From positions 11,257,651 through 11,321,650 of the forward strand of contig CAVNZM010000003.1 in the NCBI GenBank assembly GCA_963693365.1: 64,000 nt of DNA, in the 5' to 3' direction. The notes below the pieces were generated by a model, which was not told the origin of the DNA, did not search any database, and worked only from the letters and a program-made list of their open reading frames with translations. Numbering within the stretch: the first letter of the stretch is position 1; every line of letters begins with the position of its first letter. Positions 1-19,876 of this stretch are shown here, piece after piece. Source of the stretch: Amoebidium appalachense. Taxonomy: Eukaryota > Protista > Ichthyosporea. The position numbers were made by a program, and so were the translations under genes.

Positions 1-7454
<7,454 letters not shown>

Positions 7455-8012
7455 TGACGGTCCTGCATACCTGCGCCAACACGACAGAGGGAGACACTTT
7501 CTGATTTCAGCCCTGTGACGTTCTATTTTAACCCTGTGTCCCATGGGTTCAAAGTGTTTGCACACATAAAGGAAATATAGTAAAGAGGAGGGGGGGAAAA
7601 ATGGGGGGAGGGGGGGGGGGAAGGAGGGGGGGGGGGGGGAGCTTTAGGCATGGAAGGAATTGCTATAATATTTGCATTGACAATTTCCACCAGTCGGTGC
7701 AAAGCTAGGTCTTGGCAGTTATGTAATTGGTCGGCCATGGTGCGATCTATGTGTGAAATTTTGCTTCGTTCAGAGTGAATTATTGGTTAGATTCAAGCCC
7801 AACCAATCGTATTGGTGCAAACATTATATTAGTAGTTGTAAAAGAGGATGAACAAAGTCCTTAAAACAGTGCTACGGTGCAAAATAGAATCTGAAGTTGT
7901 GTATGTTTACAGGGTGTAGTTGGGTGTTTTGGTTGTGTGGATATTGATGTATCCGACCCACGGATACATGTGTGAATAAATGGTATATGGATCATGATAC
8001 GGATGTGTTGCT

Positions 8013-8052
<40 letters not shown>

Positions 8053-8321
8053 CTGCATCCTTAGGAGAAAAGGGAAAGAAAATCCCTGTACTGACACACA
8101 CTCGCATGCATTGATACACACACCTGCACACACACACATATACACACACAGACAGAGAGGTGGGGAGAGCACACACCTAGCAGTGCAGGATGCATGCCAC
8201 TCACAACACACACACGTTGCACGCACGCACATAGTAACTGTTGTAGGCACATGCGTCCACTCGACACACATCACACAGTGGCCAACGAACGAAGATACGA
8301 AAATTCCATCGGAGCTAGGGT

Positions 8322-8354
<33 letters not shown>

Positions 8355-8536
8355 TTTGTTTGTTTGTTTTTGGCCCCCTGGATTTATCCAACCGATAATG
8401 GGGATTTTGAGTATTAGGGGGCAATATGGGGAAAAAAATTAATCACGAGTTATCCAATAGCAAGTGCATACCGTAACACACCCACACACGTATATACCCC
8501 CCCCCCCCCCCCCCCCCCCCCTTCATGATTGCATGC

Positions 8537-8597
<61 letters not shown>

Positions 8598-8718
8598 CCG
8601 GGCCCCCGCGCCACATACGTGTATACACACACTGTCCGTTACGTGTGTGCGTACACATTCCCGGCAAACTACCCTGCACCACCATGTACATGTCCAATAG
8701 GGCGTTGTAGAACCTGTG

Positions 8719-8773
8719 GCAGAATTATTCTGCTTTTGACAGAATTATTCCGCAAAAAGCAGAATTATTCTGC
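8719..8773. repeat. Three copies of the palindrome GCAGAATTATTCTGC at 20-bp period
   Basis: Copies at 8719-8733, 8740-8753 (degenerate) and 8759-8773; a fourth partial copy GAATAATTCTG at ~8822. Confidence 0.85.
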
Positions 8774-9000
8774 TGTGTGAGCTTTCTTCATGATCGATTG
8801 CAAATGCAAAAGGCAAAATTCGAATAATTCTGGTCGCGAGCTAGCGCTCGGAGCAAGTTTACTCTGCAGATCTGCCGAAGTGGTTAGCGCCTCCTTGCCA
8901 GTTAGTTAGCCATGTGCATCCCTCCCTTTCCCCCTCCCCCCCCCCCCCCCCCCCCCCCACCTCCCGGCAGCACAGTGCGTGCACAAGAGCGCCAATATCA

Positions 9001-9037
<37 letters not shown>

Positions 9038-9169
9038 GCAACACGATCCAAATGTTAAGTGCAAAGGTTATATATGTACGCAAGGGGTGCATTCAACATT
9101 CAAAACGTTTCATTGAACACGACAACAACAACACAGACATGCACATAATCAACGTTTCACACACACACA

Positions 9170-9214
<45 letters not shown>

Positions 9215-10009
9215 TTGGGGCCCATGTGTACCCAACAAAAACACACAAATGCAAACACGAAAATCCACATACATGCACACATGCATACATGTACATACAC
9301 GCACAGTTATTGTAAGGGCCACCCAACAATGATCCTGGCTTAGCGCATCAACTGAATATCACCCCGTATCCCATCCCTGCATGTTGATTGGTTGATTATC
9401 ACATGACACTGCCGCAGCATACTCTCATATCCCATTTCATGTGCCTGCCTGCGCTAGACACGTACAACTTTCACATCACCTCCCCTCCTTTAATCTCCTT
9501 CTCCGGGAAGGGCTGCTTAAAGACACTGCAACACAATTAGCGCATAAATAGGCAAACAATGCCAAGCCCACGCAACTTGCGTTAAAGCAAGCTACCCCCG
9601 TTTTCCTTCTTTGGCCATGGACACGGAAACACGCGCCAAAATTCCGCCTTCCATAAGAAGACCATAACAGAACCAACCGTTAGGTTCATTGTGACGCCAT
9701 GTGTCATAAGTTGAATATATATAGATATGCTTGTTGTATTGGTGTACATAATGTGATAGTGGGTGTGCCATATATGTACGCCAAAATCACGCGGGCTGCA
9801 CACACAATGCATGGGGGAGAAGAGAAAAAAACATGTGCGGTCCTATTTATTCCCTACCAGCTACATGTAACACCACTTGAACTCAACCCATTAACCCCCA
9901 ACCCATATTAAACCTAACACCTCCAACCTTTGCATTGCTAACGCCATAACACCACACACAACCCCCCCAAACCCCCTCCCCTCCCTGCTCGAAAATTCAT
10001 GAAGTTTTC

Positions 10010-10161
10010 TTAGGCGGTGGCGGCGGCGGCTTCCTCCGAATCAGCCTTGGGGTTTTCGAGGGGTGCGCTGAAGGGTTTCTTGCCGGTCAGGCCGAGGATG
10101 GTGAACATCTCCTTGTCAGAGTCGAACTCGGGGTTGGCCGTGGTGAGAAGCTTGTCACTGT

Positions 10162-10228
<67 letters not shown>

Positions 10229-10268
10229 AGGGGGGGGGGGGGGGGGGGGGGGGTTGTCCCGTGTGTAT

Positions 10269-10301
<33 letters not shown>

Positions 10302-10349
10302 GGAGAGGGGCAGAGGGGGGGGGGGCCGTGTGTATGTGTATGTGTGTGT

Positions 10350-10386
<37 letters not shown>

Positions 10387-10568
10387 CCCGTGTGTATGTG
10401 TACGTGTGGCAAGTGTGCACCCACACGTGTCTTTGTATGTCGGTCGGTAGTCGGTGGGTGAGTACGAAGGGGGGATGGGGCGGGTGGGGGGAGAAGGTTA
10501 GATGGCAAATCAAATCCCAATACATGGCAAAAAAAGGGGGGGTGGGGGGAGGGTGAGGGGTACAGGTT

Positions 10569-10601
<33 letters not shown>

Positions 10602-10757
10602 TATACATAGATTGTGTGAATATGTACACGCGATCGTCAATCTAGGTCAAGACCGCACCATTGCGAAAGCACCAAGTTAATCAACCCAAAGACCGCTGAC
10701 CAATGGTTGATGAAAGTCAGGCGTGCCTGTATACATTCGCGATAAGCCCCCCCCCCC

Positions 10758-10788
<31 letters not shown>

Positions 10789-11167
10789 ACCACCACCACC
10801 ACCAAAAAATAATAAAAACAATAATAACGCAATGATTTTTTTTTTTTAAACCAGGCGGGATAAATGCGGGATACATACCCAGTGAAGATGGAGTTAGCGC
10901 CCGCCAGGAACATAAGCGCCTGCTCCCCCATCGAGTACTTCATGCGGCCAGCACTGAGCCTGACCATCGACTTGGGCATGAGGATGCGGGCAGTGGAGAT
11001 CATACGCAGCATGTGGTCGAGGGGGACGGCCGGCTGGTCCTCAAGGGGGGTTCCCTCAACGGCAACTGTGTGTGCAAGGAGATGGAAAGACGTGGAGAGG
11101 GGGGGGGGGGGGAGGGGGGGGGGAGGGGGTTAGAATGCATACAGAATGCAAAGGCAACAGTGGAAAA

Positions 11168-11201
<34 letters not shown>

Positions 11202-11705
11202 GGGGGGAGGGGGAGGGAGGAGGGGTTCGAAAGGAGTGCGAAACAAAGCACAGCCTTGAGTAATAAAACACGGAAGGGAGAAGGGTTTCACTTGCTCTCT
11301 ATCGTTTCCTTCTTTCTTTTCTTTTTCTTTTATTTTTTTTTTTTGGGGGGGGGGGGGGGGGAGGAAGGGAGGGAGGGATTTGCAGAAGGGGTTGGTTGCG
11401 CAAGGGATACATAAACATTGGTGCAACGGTGACAGATCAAAATGTGCGTGTGTGTGTGTGTGTGTGGGGGGGGGGGGGGGGAGGGAAAGGGAGAGGGAGA
11501 GGGAGGGAAACAATACCAAGTGCATTAACAGGGACAGACTCGGGGTGGGCAGGGAGGGTGGAGAGGGTGTGAAGGAGCTTTGTGCGGTCCTCGTGTGTCT
11601 CCCCGAGGCCGATGATGCCGCCACAGCACACACTGATGCCTGCCTCACGTACGTTCTTGATGGTGTTGAGACGGTCATCGTACTTGCGTGTGGTCACGAT
11701 CTGTA

Positions 11706-11736
<31 letters not shown>

Positions 11737-14700
11737 TTTGGTGGTGGTGGGGGGGGGGGGGGGGGGGGGGGGGGGGGAATGATGTGTTTGCTTGTTTGCT
11801 TGTTTGTTTGATGGAGGGGGAGGGGATTGGGGATTGGGGATTTGGGGGTGGGGGTGGGGGGGGGGGGCTGAATGGGTGTGAGCGAGTGAGCGAGAGAGGG
11901 TGTGAGTGTGTGTGTCGGTGTTTGTGTAAATACGTCCCCGTCGAGTGCTTGCAAGTGGAGTGCATGTGTGTGCGAGCGAATGTGTATGTGTTTGTTCTTT
12001 TTGGTGTGTCGGGTGTGTGGGCGAACGGGAGAAGGAGCTCAGAGAAAGCACGGAAGCATGAAGGGAGCCGGAACGACCCTTGGCAGGACAAGCAGTACAC
12101 AGGACCATGCACCTGCATTTCCACACAAACGTGAGGCGTGCACCCACACTCACACCCACACACACAAAACAACCCCCCCCCCCCCCCCCCCACACACACC
12201 CATATACAGGAGGTATGGACATAACCCCCCCCCCCCCACACACACACACCCATATACAGGAGGTATGGACATAACCCCCCCCCCCCACACACACACACCC
12301 ATATACAGGAGGTATGGACATAACCCCCCCCCCCCCACACACACACACCCATATACAGGAGGTATGGACATAACCCCCCCCCCCCCCACACACACACACC
12401 CATATACAGGAGGTATGGACATAACCCCCCCCCCCCCACACACACCCATATACAGGAGGTATGGACATAACCCCCCCCCCCCCACACACACCCATATACA
12501 GGAGGTATGGACATAACCCCCCCCCCCCCCCCACACACACCCATATACAGGAGGTATGGACATAACCCCCCCCCCCCCACACACACACCCATATACAGGA
12601 GGTATGGACATAACCCCCCCCCCCCCACACACACACCCATATACAGGAGGTATGGACATAACCCCCCCCCCCCCCCCACACACACACACCCATATACAGG
12701 AGGTATGGACATAACCCCCCCCCCCCCCCACACACACACCCATATACAGGAGGTATGGACATAACCCCCCCCCCCCCCCACACACACACCCATATACAGG
12801 AGGTATGGACATAACCCCCCCCCCCCCACACACACACACCCATATACAGGAGGTATGGACATAACCCCCCCCCCCCCCACACACACCCATATACAGGAGG
12901 TATGGACATAACCCCCCCCCCCCACACACACCCATATACAGGAGGTATGGACATAACCCCCCCCCCCCCCACACACACACCCATATACAGGAGGTATGGA
13001 CATAACCCCCCCCCCCCCCACACACACACCCATATACAGGAGGTATGGACATAACCCCCCCCCCCCCACACACACACCCATATACAGGAGGTATGGACAT
13101 AACCCCCCCCCCCCCACACACACACACCCATATACAGGAGGTATGGACATAACCCCCCCCCCCCACACACACACACCCATATACAGGAGGTATGGACATA
13201 ACCCCCCCCCCCCCCACACACACACCCATATACAGGAGGTATGGACATAACCCCCCCCCCCCCACACACACACACCCATATACAGGAGGTATGGACATAA
13301 CCCCCCCCCCCACACACACACACCCATATACAGGAGGTATGGACATAACCCCCCCCCCCCACACACACACACACCCATATACAGGAGGTATGGACATAAC
13401 CCCCCCCCCCCCACACACACACACCCATATACAGGAGGTATGGACATAACCCCCCCCCCCCCCCACACACACACACCCATATACAGGAGGTATGGACATA
13501 ACCCCCCCCCCCCCCCACACACACACCCATATACAGGAGGTATGGACATAACCCCCCCCCCCCCCCCCCACACACACACCCATATACAGGAGGTATGGAC
13601 ATAACCCCCCCCCCCCACACACACACACCCATATACAGGAGGTATGGACATAACCCCCCCCCCCCACACACACACCCATATACAGGAGGTATGGACATAA
13701 CCCCCCCCCCCCCACACACACACACACCCATATACAGGAGGTATGGACATAACCCCCCCCCCCCCCACACACACACACCCATATACAGGAGGTATGGACA
13801 TAACCCCCCCCCCCACACACACACACCCATATACAGGAGGTATGGACATAACCCCCCCCCCCCACACACACACACCCATATACAGGAGGTATGGACATAA
13901 CCCCCCCCCCACACACACACACCCATATACAGGAGGTATGGACATAACCCCCCCCCCCCACACACACACCCATATACAGGAGGTATGGACATAACCCCCC
14001 CCCCCCCACACACACACACACCCATATACAGGAGGTATGGACATAACCCCCCCCCCCCCCACACACCCATATACAGGAGGTATGGACATAACCCCCCCCC
14101 CCCCCACACACACACACCCATATACAGGAGGTATGGACATAACCCCCCCCCCCCACACACACACACACCCATATACAGGAGGTATGGACATAACCCCCCC
14201 CCCCCACACACACACCCATATACAGGAGGTATGGACATAACCCCCCCCCCACACACACACACACCCATATACAGGAGGTATGGACATAACCCCCCCCCCC
14301 CCACACACACACCCATATACAGGAGGTATGGACATAACCCCCCCCCCCCCCACACACACACCCATATACAGGAGGTATGGACATAACCCCCCCTCCCCCC
14401 GACACACACACTCCCCCCCTCCCCCCCCCCCCCCCCCCCCTCCGCCCCACACATCCCTCTCTCTCTGCCCGCCCCCCTCTTCCCCCCGCCCTTCCCACCC
14501 AAACCTATCCCTCCACCCACCCCCACCTGCCAATCCCCCCGCCCACCCATCCCCCCCCCCCCCCCCCCCCATTTACACACACACACATACGCACCTTCTC
14601 ATAGTACTCGCGCGACGTATCCAAGTTGTGGTTGTACGCAGTCACGCCCGCCGCCTTCAACTCCTTCGCCTGTTCGGGCGTGAGCATGCCCAGGGTCGTA

Positions 14701-15309
14701 CACACCTCCATCCCCATCCCGTTGACCTCCTTCACCATTTCGAGAACTTTTTTGAAGGCGTGTTTCTTCCCCACGTCCCTCCATGCGCTGCCCATGCAGA
14801 AACGGGTGGATCCTGCGGCCTTAGCTTTCTTGGCGGCTTCTAGGACGTCTTCGAGCTGTGTGGAAAGAAGGGGAAGGGGGGGACGGGAGCATGGGGTGGG
14901 GGGGTTGTGGTGGAGAAAGGGAGGGGGATGTGGGGTTCGGAGGGGTATGATGGATGCAAGGGGTGAAGGGGAGGGACGTGTATCTTTATGAGTAGGAATG
15001 TGTGTGTGTGTGTGTGTGGGGAGGGGGGAGGGGGGGGGGGGGGGGTTAGACGTGTGGGAATGGTAACATTGTATGCCTTTATTTTGTATTCTTTTTTTAT
15101 GTTACCCTTCCTGTCTCCCGTGTAGATCTATGCACGGGTCTAGGGAAAAAAAGGATTGAAATTTTTGCTACCGTTTACGTGTGCGTGCACGAGTGTGTAA
15201 GGGATGGTGGTGGGAGGCACAGAAAGAGAAGGGGGAGGTTTTAGATGCCCAGGATCTCATGTCACACACACTGGCTTATGGACAGGGGGGGGGGGGGGGG
15301 GAGAGGGGG

Positions 15310-15346
<37 letters not shown>

Positions 15347-16192
15347 GGCATATGGGGTTTGACGTGAAGGCAACCCTCCTTTCCCCCCTCTTTCATTCTC
15401 TTCTCCCCCCCTATCTTCCACATGCCCAGGTAGGGGCAAACCAACCAATTCCCCCCTCCCCCCCCCCCCCCCCCCTCCCACACACACACCAACACAGCCC
15501 CCCACCACCCACGTGTCTCCCAGCAGAAAGGCAACAGAATACACACACACACTCTCTCTCTCTCTTAAACACACACACACACACACACACACACACCTTG
15601 AGGGTGGGGTGGGCTTGACGAATGTCTTTGCGGTGGGACGACTGGGACACACACACACACACACACAACTCCCCCCTCCCCCCCCCCCCACTTCCCCGCA
15701 AACAGAACATACACACAAAAACACAAACATCTTGAAGGTGGGGGTGGGCTTAACGAATATCTTGTGGTGGGACAGCTGGGGCACATACACAACACACGCA
15801 TGCGCCGCGCCGCGCCCCCCTCTCCCCCCCCCCCCCCCCCCCTCCCCCTGAAAAAAAAAACACAACATACACACACACACACACACACACACCTTGAGGG
15901 TGGGGGTAGGCTTGACGAAGGTCTTGTGGTGGGACGACTGGGAGCAGTACTTGCAGTCCTCCGTGCAGCCACCCGTCTTGATAGACAGCAGCGTGCACTG
16001 CTGGACCTGCGCGTGTGTGTGTGTGTGTGTGTACACGTACGTGTACGTGTGTGTACTTGTGTGTGTGTGTGTGTGTCCGCGGGGGGGCAGGGGGAGAGGG
16101 GGGAAGAGGGGGAGGGGGGTTAGAATGAGTCCATAGAGTAGGCAGTGCACAATCATGACGTAAAACACACTGTGAATTGCAGAGAGTTACGG

Positions 16193-16238
<46 letters not shown>

Positions 16239-16339
16239 TTTATGGGGGGGGGGGGGGGGGGGGGGGGGGTTGGAAATGCTACCACACCACATGAGCGCAT
16301 ATGGGTGTAGGAGAAAGGGCACAAGTGTGTATGTGTGTT

Positions 16340-16370
<31 letters not shown>

Positions 16371-16761
16371 GCTGACACAATGCGAAGTCCAGATCTTCGG
16401 AACTAAGTACATGATAGTCATAAACGAAGGTCGAAAGAGTATGCAGCCAGAGCGGAGGCCATTCGTAGAGGGGTTTCATAGAGCAATGGAGGCAGGGGAG
16501 GGAGGAAGACGTGGGGGGGGGGTCTTTCCCTCTCCCTCTCTCTCTGTGTGTGTGCGTGCGCGCGCGTGCGTGCACACATTCGTGTGTTTACACGGGAGCA
16601 TAGCTATATACAGAACAGCATTGGAGAAATAGAAAACATAAGGGGTGTGAAAAGGGTGGGGTGCGTGTGGGCAAAGGAGGGAAGAAGGGGCGGAGGGGGA
16701 GGGGGGGTAGTACCTCCTTGGGGTTGAAGTTTGCCCTGTGAACGGTAGCGGCCCGGTAGAC

Positions 16762-16824
<63 letters not shown>

Positions 16825-16833
16825 GGCATAGAG

Positions 16834-16891
<58 letters not shown>

Positions 16892-17252
16892 TAGAGTTAG
16901 CCGTCTAGTCCCCTCCTCTCCCCCTCCCCTCGCTTCCCCACCCACAAACCCCTTTCCCACCCACCACAGCCCCCTCCCCCACATGTGCTTGCCCTTCAAC
17001 ACAGCTACAGGTTCCCCATCCCCCTACCCCCCCCCCCCCCCCCCCCTCCCCGGGGTAAAAAAAAACAAACATAAAAAATAAGAAAAACAAAGCCCCCTCC
17101 CTTTCCTCTCCATTCTTTTGCCTTCTTTTTTGTTTCTCTTACCGGTTTTATCTTTGATTGCTACAAACCCGACCACTCATATCTCTCTCTTATTCTCTCA
17201 GTTACCCATCCTTCATTCCCCCCCCCCCCCCCCCCCCCCCCCCCAAAAAACC

Positions 17253-17283
<31 letters not shown>

Positions 17284-17701
17284 CACACACACCTCCCCCT
17301 GACAAGGAGCCTTCAAGCACGGACACACATCTCCTAAATTACCACGAAGCATCCCAAACCACCACCACCACCCCGTCGGAAATTCAAAAAGACACAAGTG
17401 TAGCTATGTGTCATAGAACCTACGTGGGGCCTGCTTGGTTTGCTCGGAAGATTAGTGATGACAAGAAAAAGGGAGGAAAGGGGGAGGGGGGGGAGGGGGG
17501 GGGGGGGGGGGGGGGGGAGGCTAAGGGTAGGACACACATAATCATACTGAAAGCACGCAGAAGACAAGTTTGGGTGAGAACGACATGGGCGGGGGAAGGA
17601 GAGAGAAAGGAGGGAGCGAGAGAGATCAGAGCAAGGTGAAAGGGTGGGATGGTACATCGTGACTATTGTGGTGGTTGGTACAAAGTGTGGAGCGGCGCCC
17701 G

Positions 17702-17732
<31 letters not shown>

Positions 17733-19034
17733 ATGTATGCGTTAGAGGGTTGGAGATATGGAGGAGACAACAAAGAGCAACAACAAAACGTCACAAAAGT
17801 GGGAAGTCCAAAATCAAACAATTTAAGCGTGCAGGCAGAAGACACTTGAACAGAGCCCATCATCAGGGGGGTTCCTATGCCTCCACAAAAGCATGGGGTT
17901 CGACTCATTAACCTCTCGCGTGTGGTTCTCAACCCATACTTTGTTTCAACAGCAATAGGCGAGTCCACCCGTCTTGGCCAAAGACGAGCAGGGCTGTTCA
18001 AGGAGCAGCAATCTAAGAAAGCAGAGTCTACAAAACTGCAAGCAGACAAATGCAAAGAAAACAAGCGGAGAAGTAGAGCATAAGCCGGGCTTCTACAAAA
18101 GGGGGAGGGGGGGGGGGGGGGGGGGGGGAAGGGAGGAGCGTAGAATGCGTCACAGAGTGCGAAGTACACCTTCAAGATCGAGAACACGATGCAGACTGTG
18201 GAAAAGGGGGCACACACACAGAGCACATATAAGTAGAGCAGCCGGAGGCGGCGGCTGCGGCACGGTGGGGGTGGGAGGGAGGAGGGGGGGGGGGAAGAGA
18301 GAGAGAGAGAGGGGGGGGGGGGGGGGGGGGGGGTGTTAAATACACACCAGATCCATCAGTGGGGAGTTGTAGATCTCCTTCACCTCAGCAAGGGTCCAGT
18401 CCTGTTTTTAAAAAATAAAGAAAAGGAAAAAGGTCAGGATGATAAATGGGGTGAAAACATGTTGCATCCTCGCCTTTCATGCATGCCTACGTTTCATCTG
18501 TTCCATCTTCTTTCAACTACTCCTCTTTGCGTCAGCCGCTTTTGTTTATTCATCCCCTTCCCCCCCCCCCCCCCCCCCACCCCACACCCACATGCACAAA
18601 CACACCCATTCACATGCCAATATACACGTGCACGAACACAGGTTTCCCTTTCAGACTTCCTGCGCAAAGCCATTCTTCATTCTTCCATTTACTTCCCATC
18701 TCCTTCACTTCTCCTAAGCCATACCACCTGTTCTCCCCCCTCCCTCCCCCCTCCCCCTCCCCCCTCCCCACACACACCATTCTAACTCCTCCAGGACCTA
18801 CCAATGAAACACTCACCCACATAACCACAATCACACGAAAAAACACACACACGAGCATGCGCGCACCACCACACACGCACAAGAACATGCACACACACAC
18901 ACACACACACACACGAGCACACGTACGTGCCTAATCGTGGATACTGCAACAGCACACACACACACACACCTACACATGCACACAAGCACAATCACCCACA
19001 AGAGCATTCAAATCCACACCACCACGTACATGTT

Positions 19035-19078
<44 letters not shown>

Positions 19079-19219
19079 CACACGTACGTGTCTGAGGGTG
19101 GTCAGGTCCGCCTGTGCTGCGGTGGAGGCCAGGCGCACCAGGGCCACACCCAGGGGGGTGGACACCGTTGTGGAAACGGCCGCAGTGCGGCAGGCACGGG
19201 TGAGAGACGTGGCAAACAT
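10010..19219 (-). CDS. BIO2: Biotin synthase (radical SAM), ~375 aa, with probable mitochondrial presequence
   Basis: Exons (minus): 19219-19088, 18401-18348, 16761-16714, 16006-15893, 14855-14595, 11700-11517, 11065-10879, 10157-10010; total 1128 nt, phases consistent. Motifs: [22 protein letters not shown] (CxxxCxxC), [62 protein letters not shown]. The N-terminus [18 protein letters not shown] is R/S/T/A-rich with no acidic residues. Confidence 0.97.
12190..14390. repeat. Tandem array of ~45 units (~45-52 bp) inside BIO2 intron 5
   Basis: Invariant 25-bp core CCATATACAGGAGGTATGGACATAA, separated by variable C(n)(AC)m linkers; about 45 copies counted by eye. Confidence 0.97.
17731..17798. 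repeat. Dispersed 68-bp intronic repeat, copy 1 (BIO2 intron 2)
   Basis: GGATGTATGCGTTAGAGGGTTGGAGATATGGAGGAGACAACAAAGAGCAACAACAAAACGTCACAAAA; 66/68 identical to 60953-61020; directly follows a poly-G run. Confidence 0.9.
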
Positions 19220-19784
19220 GCTGGCGGGTAGCTGCAACAGGGGGAGGGGAAATAAGTTAGCAAATGTCTGTCTGTGTGTGTGTGTGGGGGGGGGGGGGAG
19301 GGGGGAGGGGAGGGAGGAGGGGGGAGGGGGGGGGGGGGGGGGATAAAAGAGGGGGAGTCAGACACGAAACAAGGAAGATGCAGAGCAGGGAGAAGGAGGG
19401 GAGAGTAGGACGTGGTAAAGAGTACGAGCTATGAAGTCATAACGGACAACAGGGTGATGGAGGGGGGAGGGGGGCGGGGGGAAGGGGGAAGATAGCTGCG
19501 TAACAGAGTACAAAGTACACATTCCGTGACAGACAACGTAATGAAGCTTGCAAAGCATACATAAAAGAGTATGCATCATGAACAGAACTTATCCTCGGGG
19601 AAGAGCTGGAGAGGGGGGGGGGGGGGGGGCGAGCGGCGGCAAATACGCAGGGGTGACATCGAAAAGCCAGAAGTTTGCAGGGGGGGGGGGGGGGGGGGGA
19701 TTGAGGGGGAGAGGGAAAGAAAAGGCAAGGAAGAGGGGGGAGGGGAGAGGGAGAGGGAGAGGGAGAGGGGGAGGGGGAGAGAGA

Positions 19785-19876
<92 letters not shown>

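Noticed and set aside
12190-14390. CRISPR-like appearance (constant repeat plus variable spacers)
   Set aside because: The spacers are only C(n)(AC)m length variants rather than unique sequences; no cas genes; eukaryotic intron context.
11437-14586. Very long minus-strand ORFs (1049, 965 and 782 aa)
   Set aside because: They are translations of the stop-free tandem array in all three frames; only the embedded BIO2 exon (11700-11517) is real.
17897-17906. B-box-like GGTTCGACTC (possible tRNA or SINE)
   Set aside because: No cloverleaf and no convincing A box upstream.
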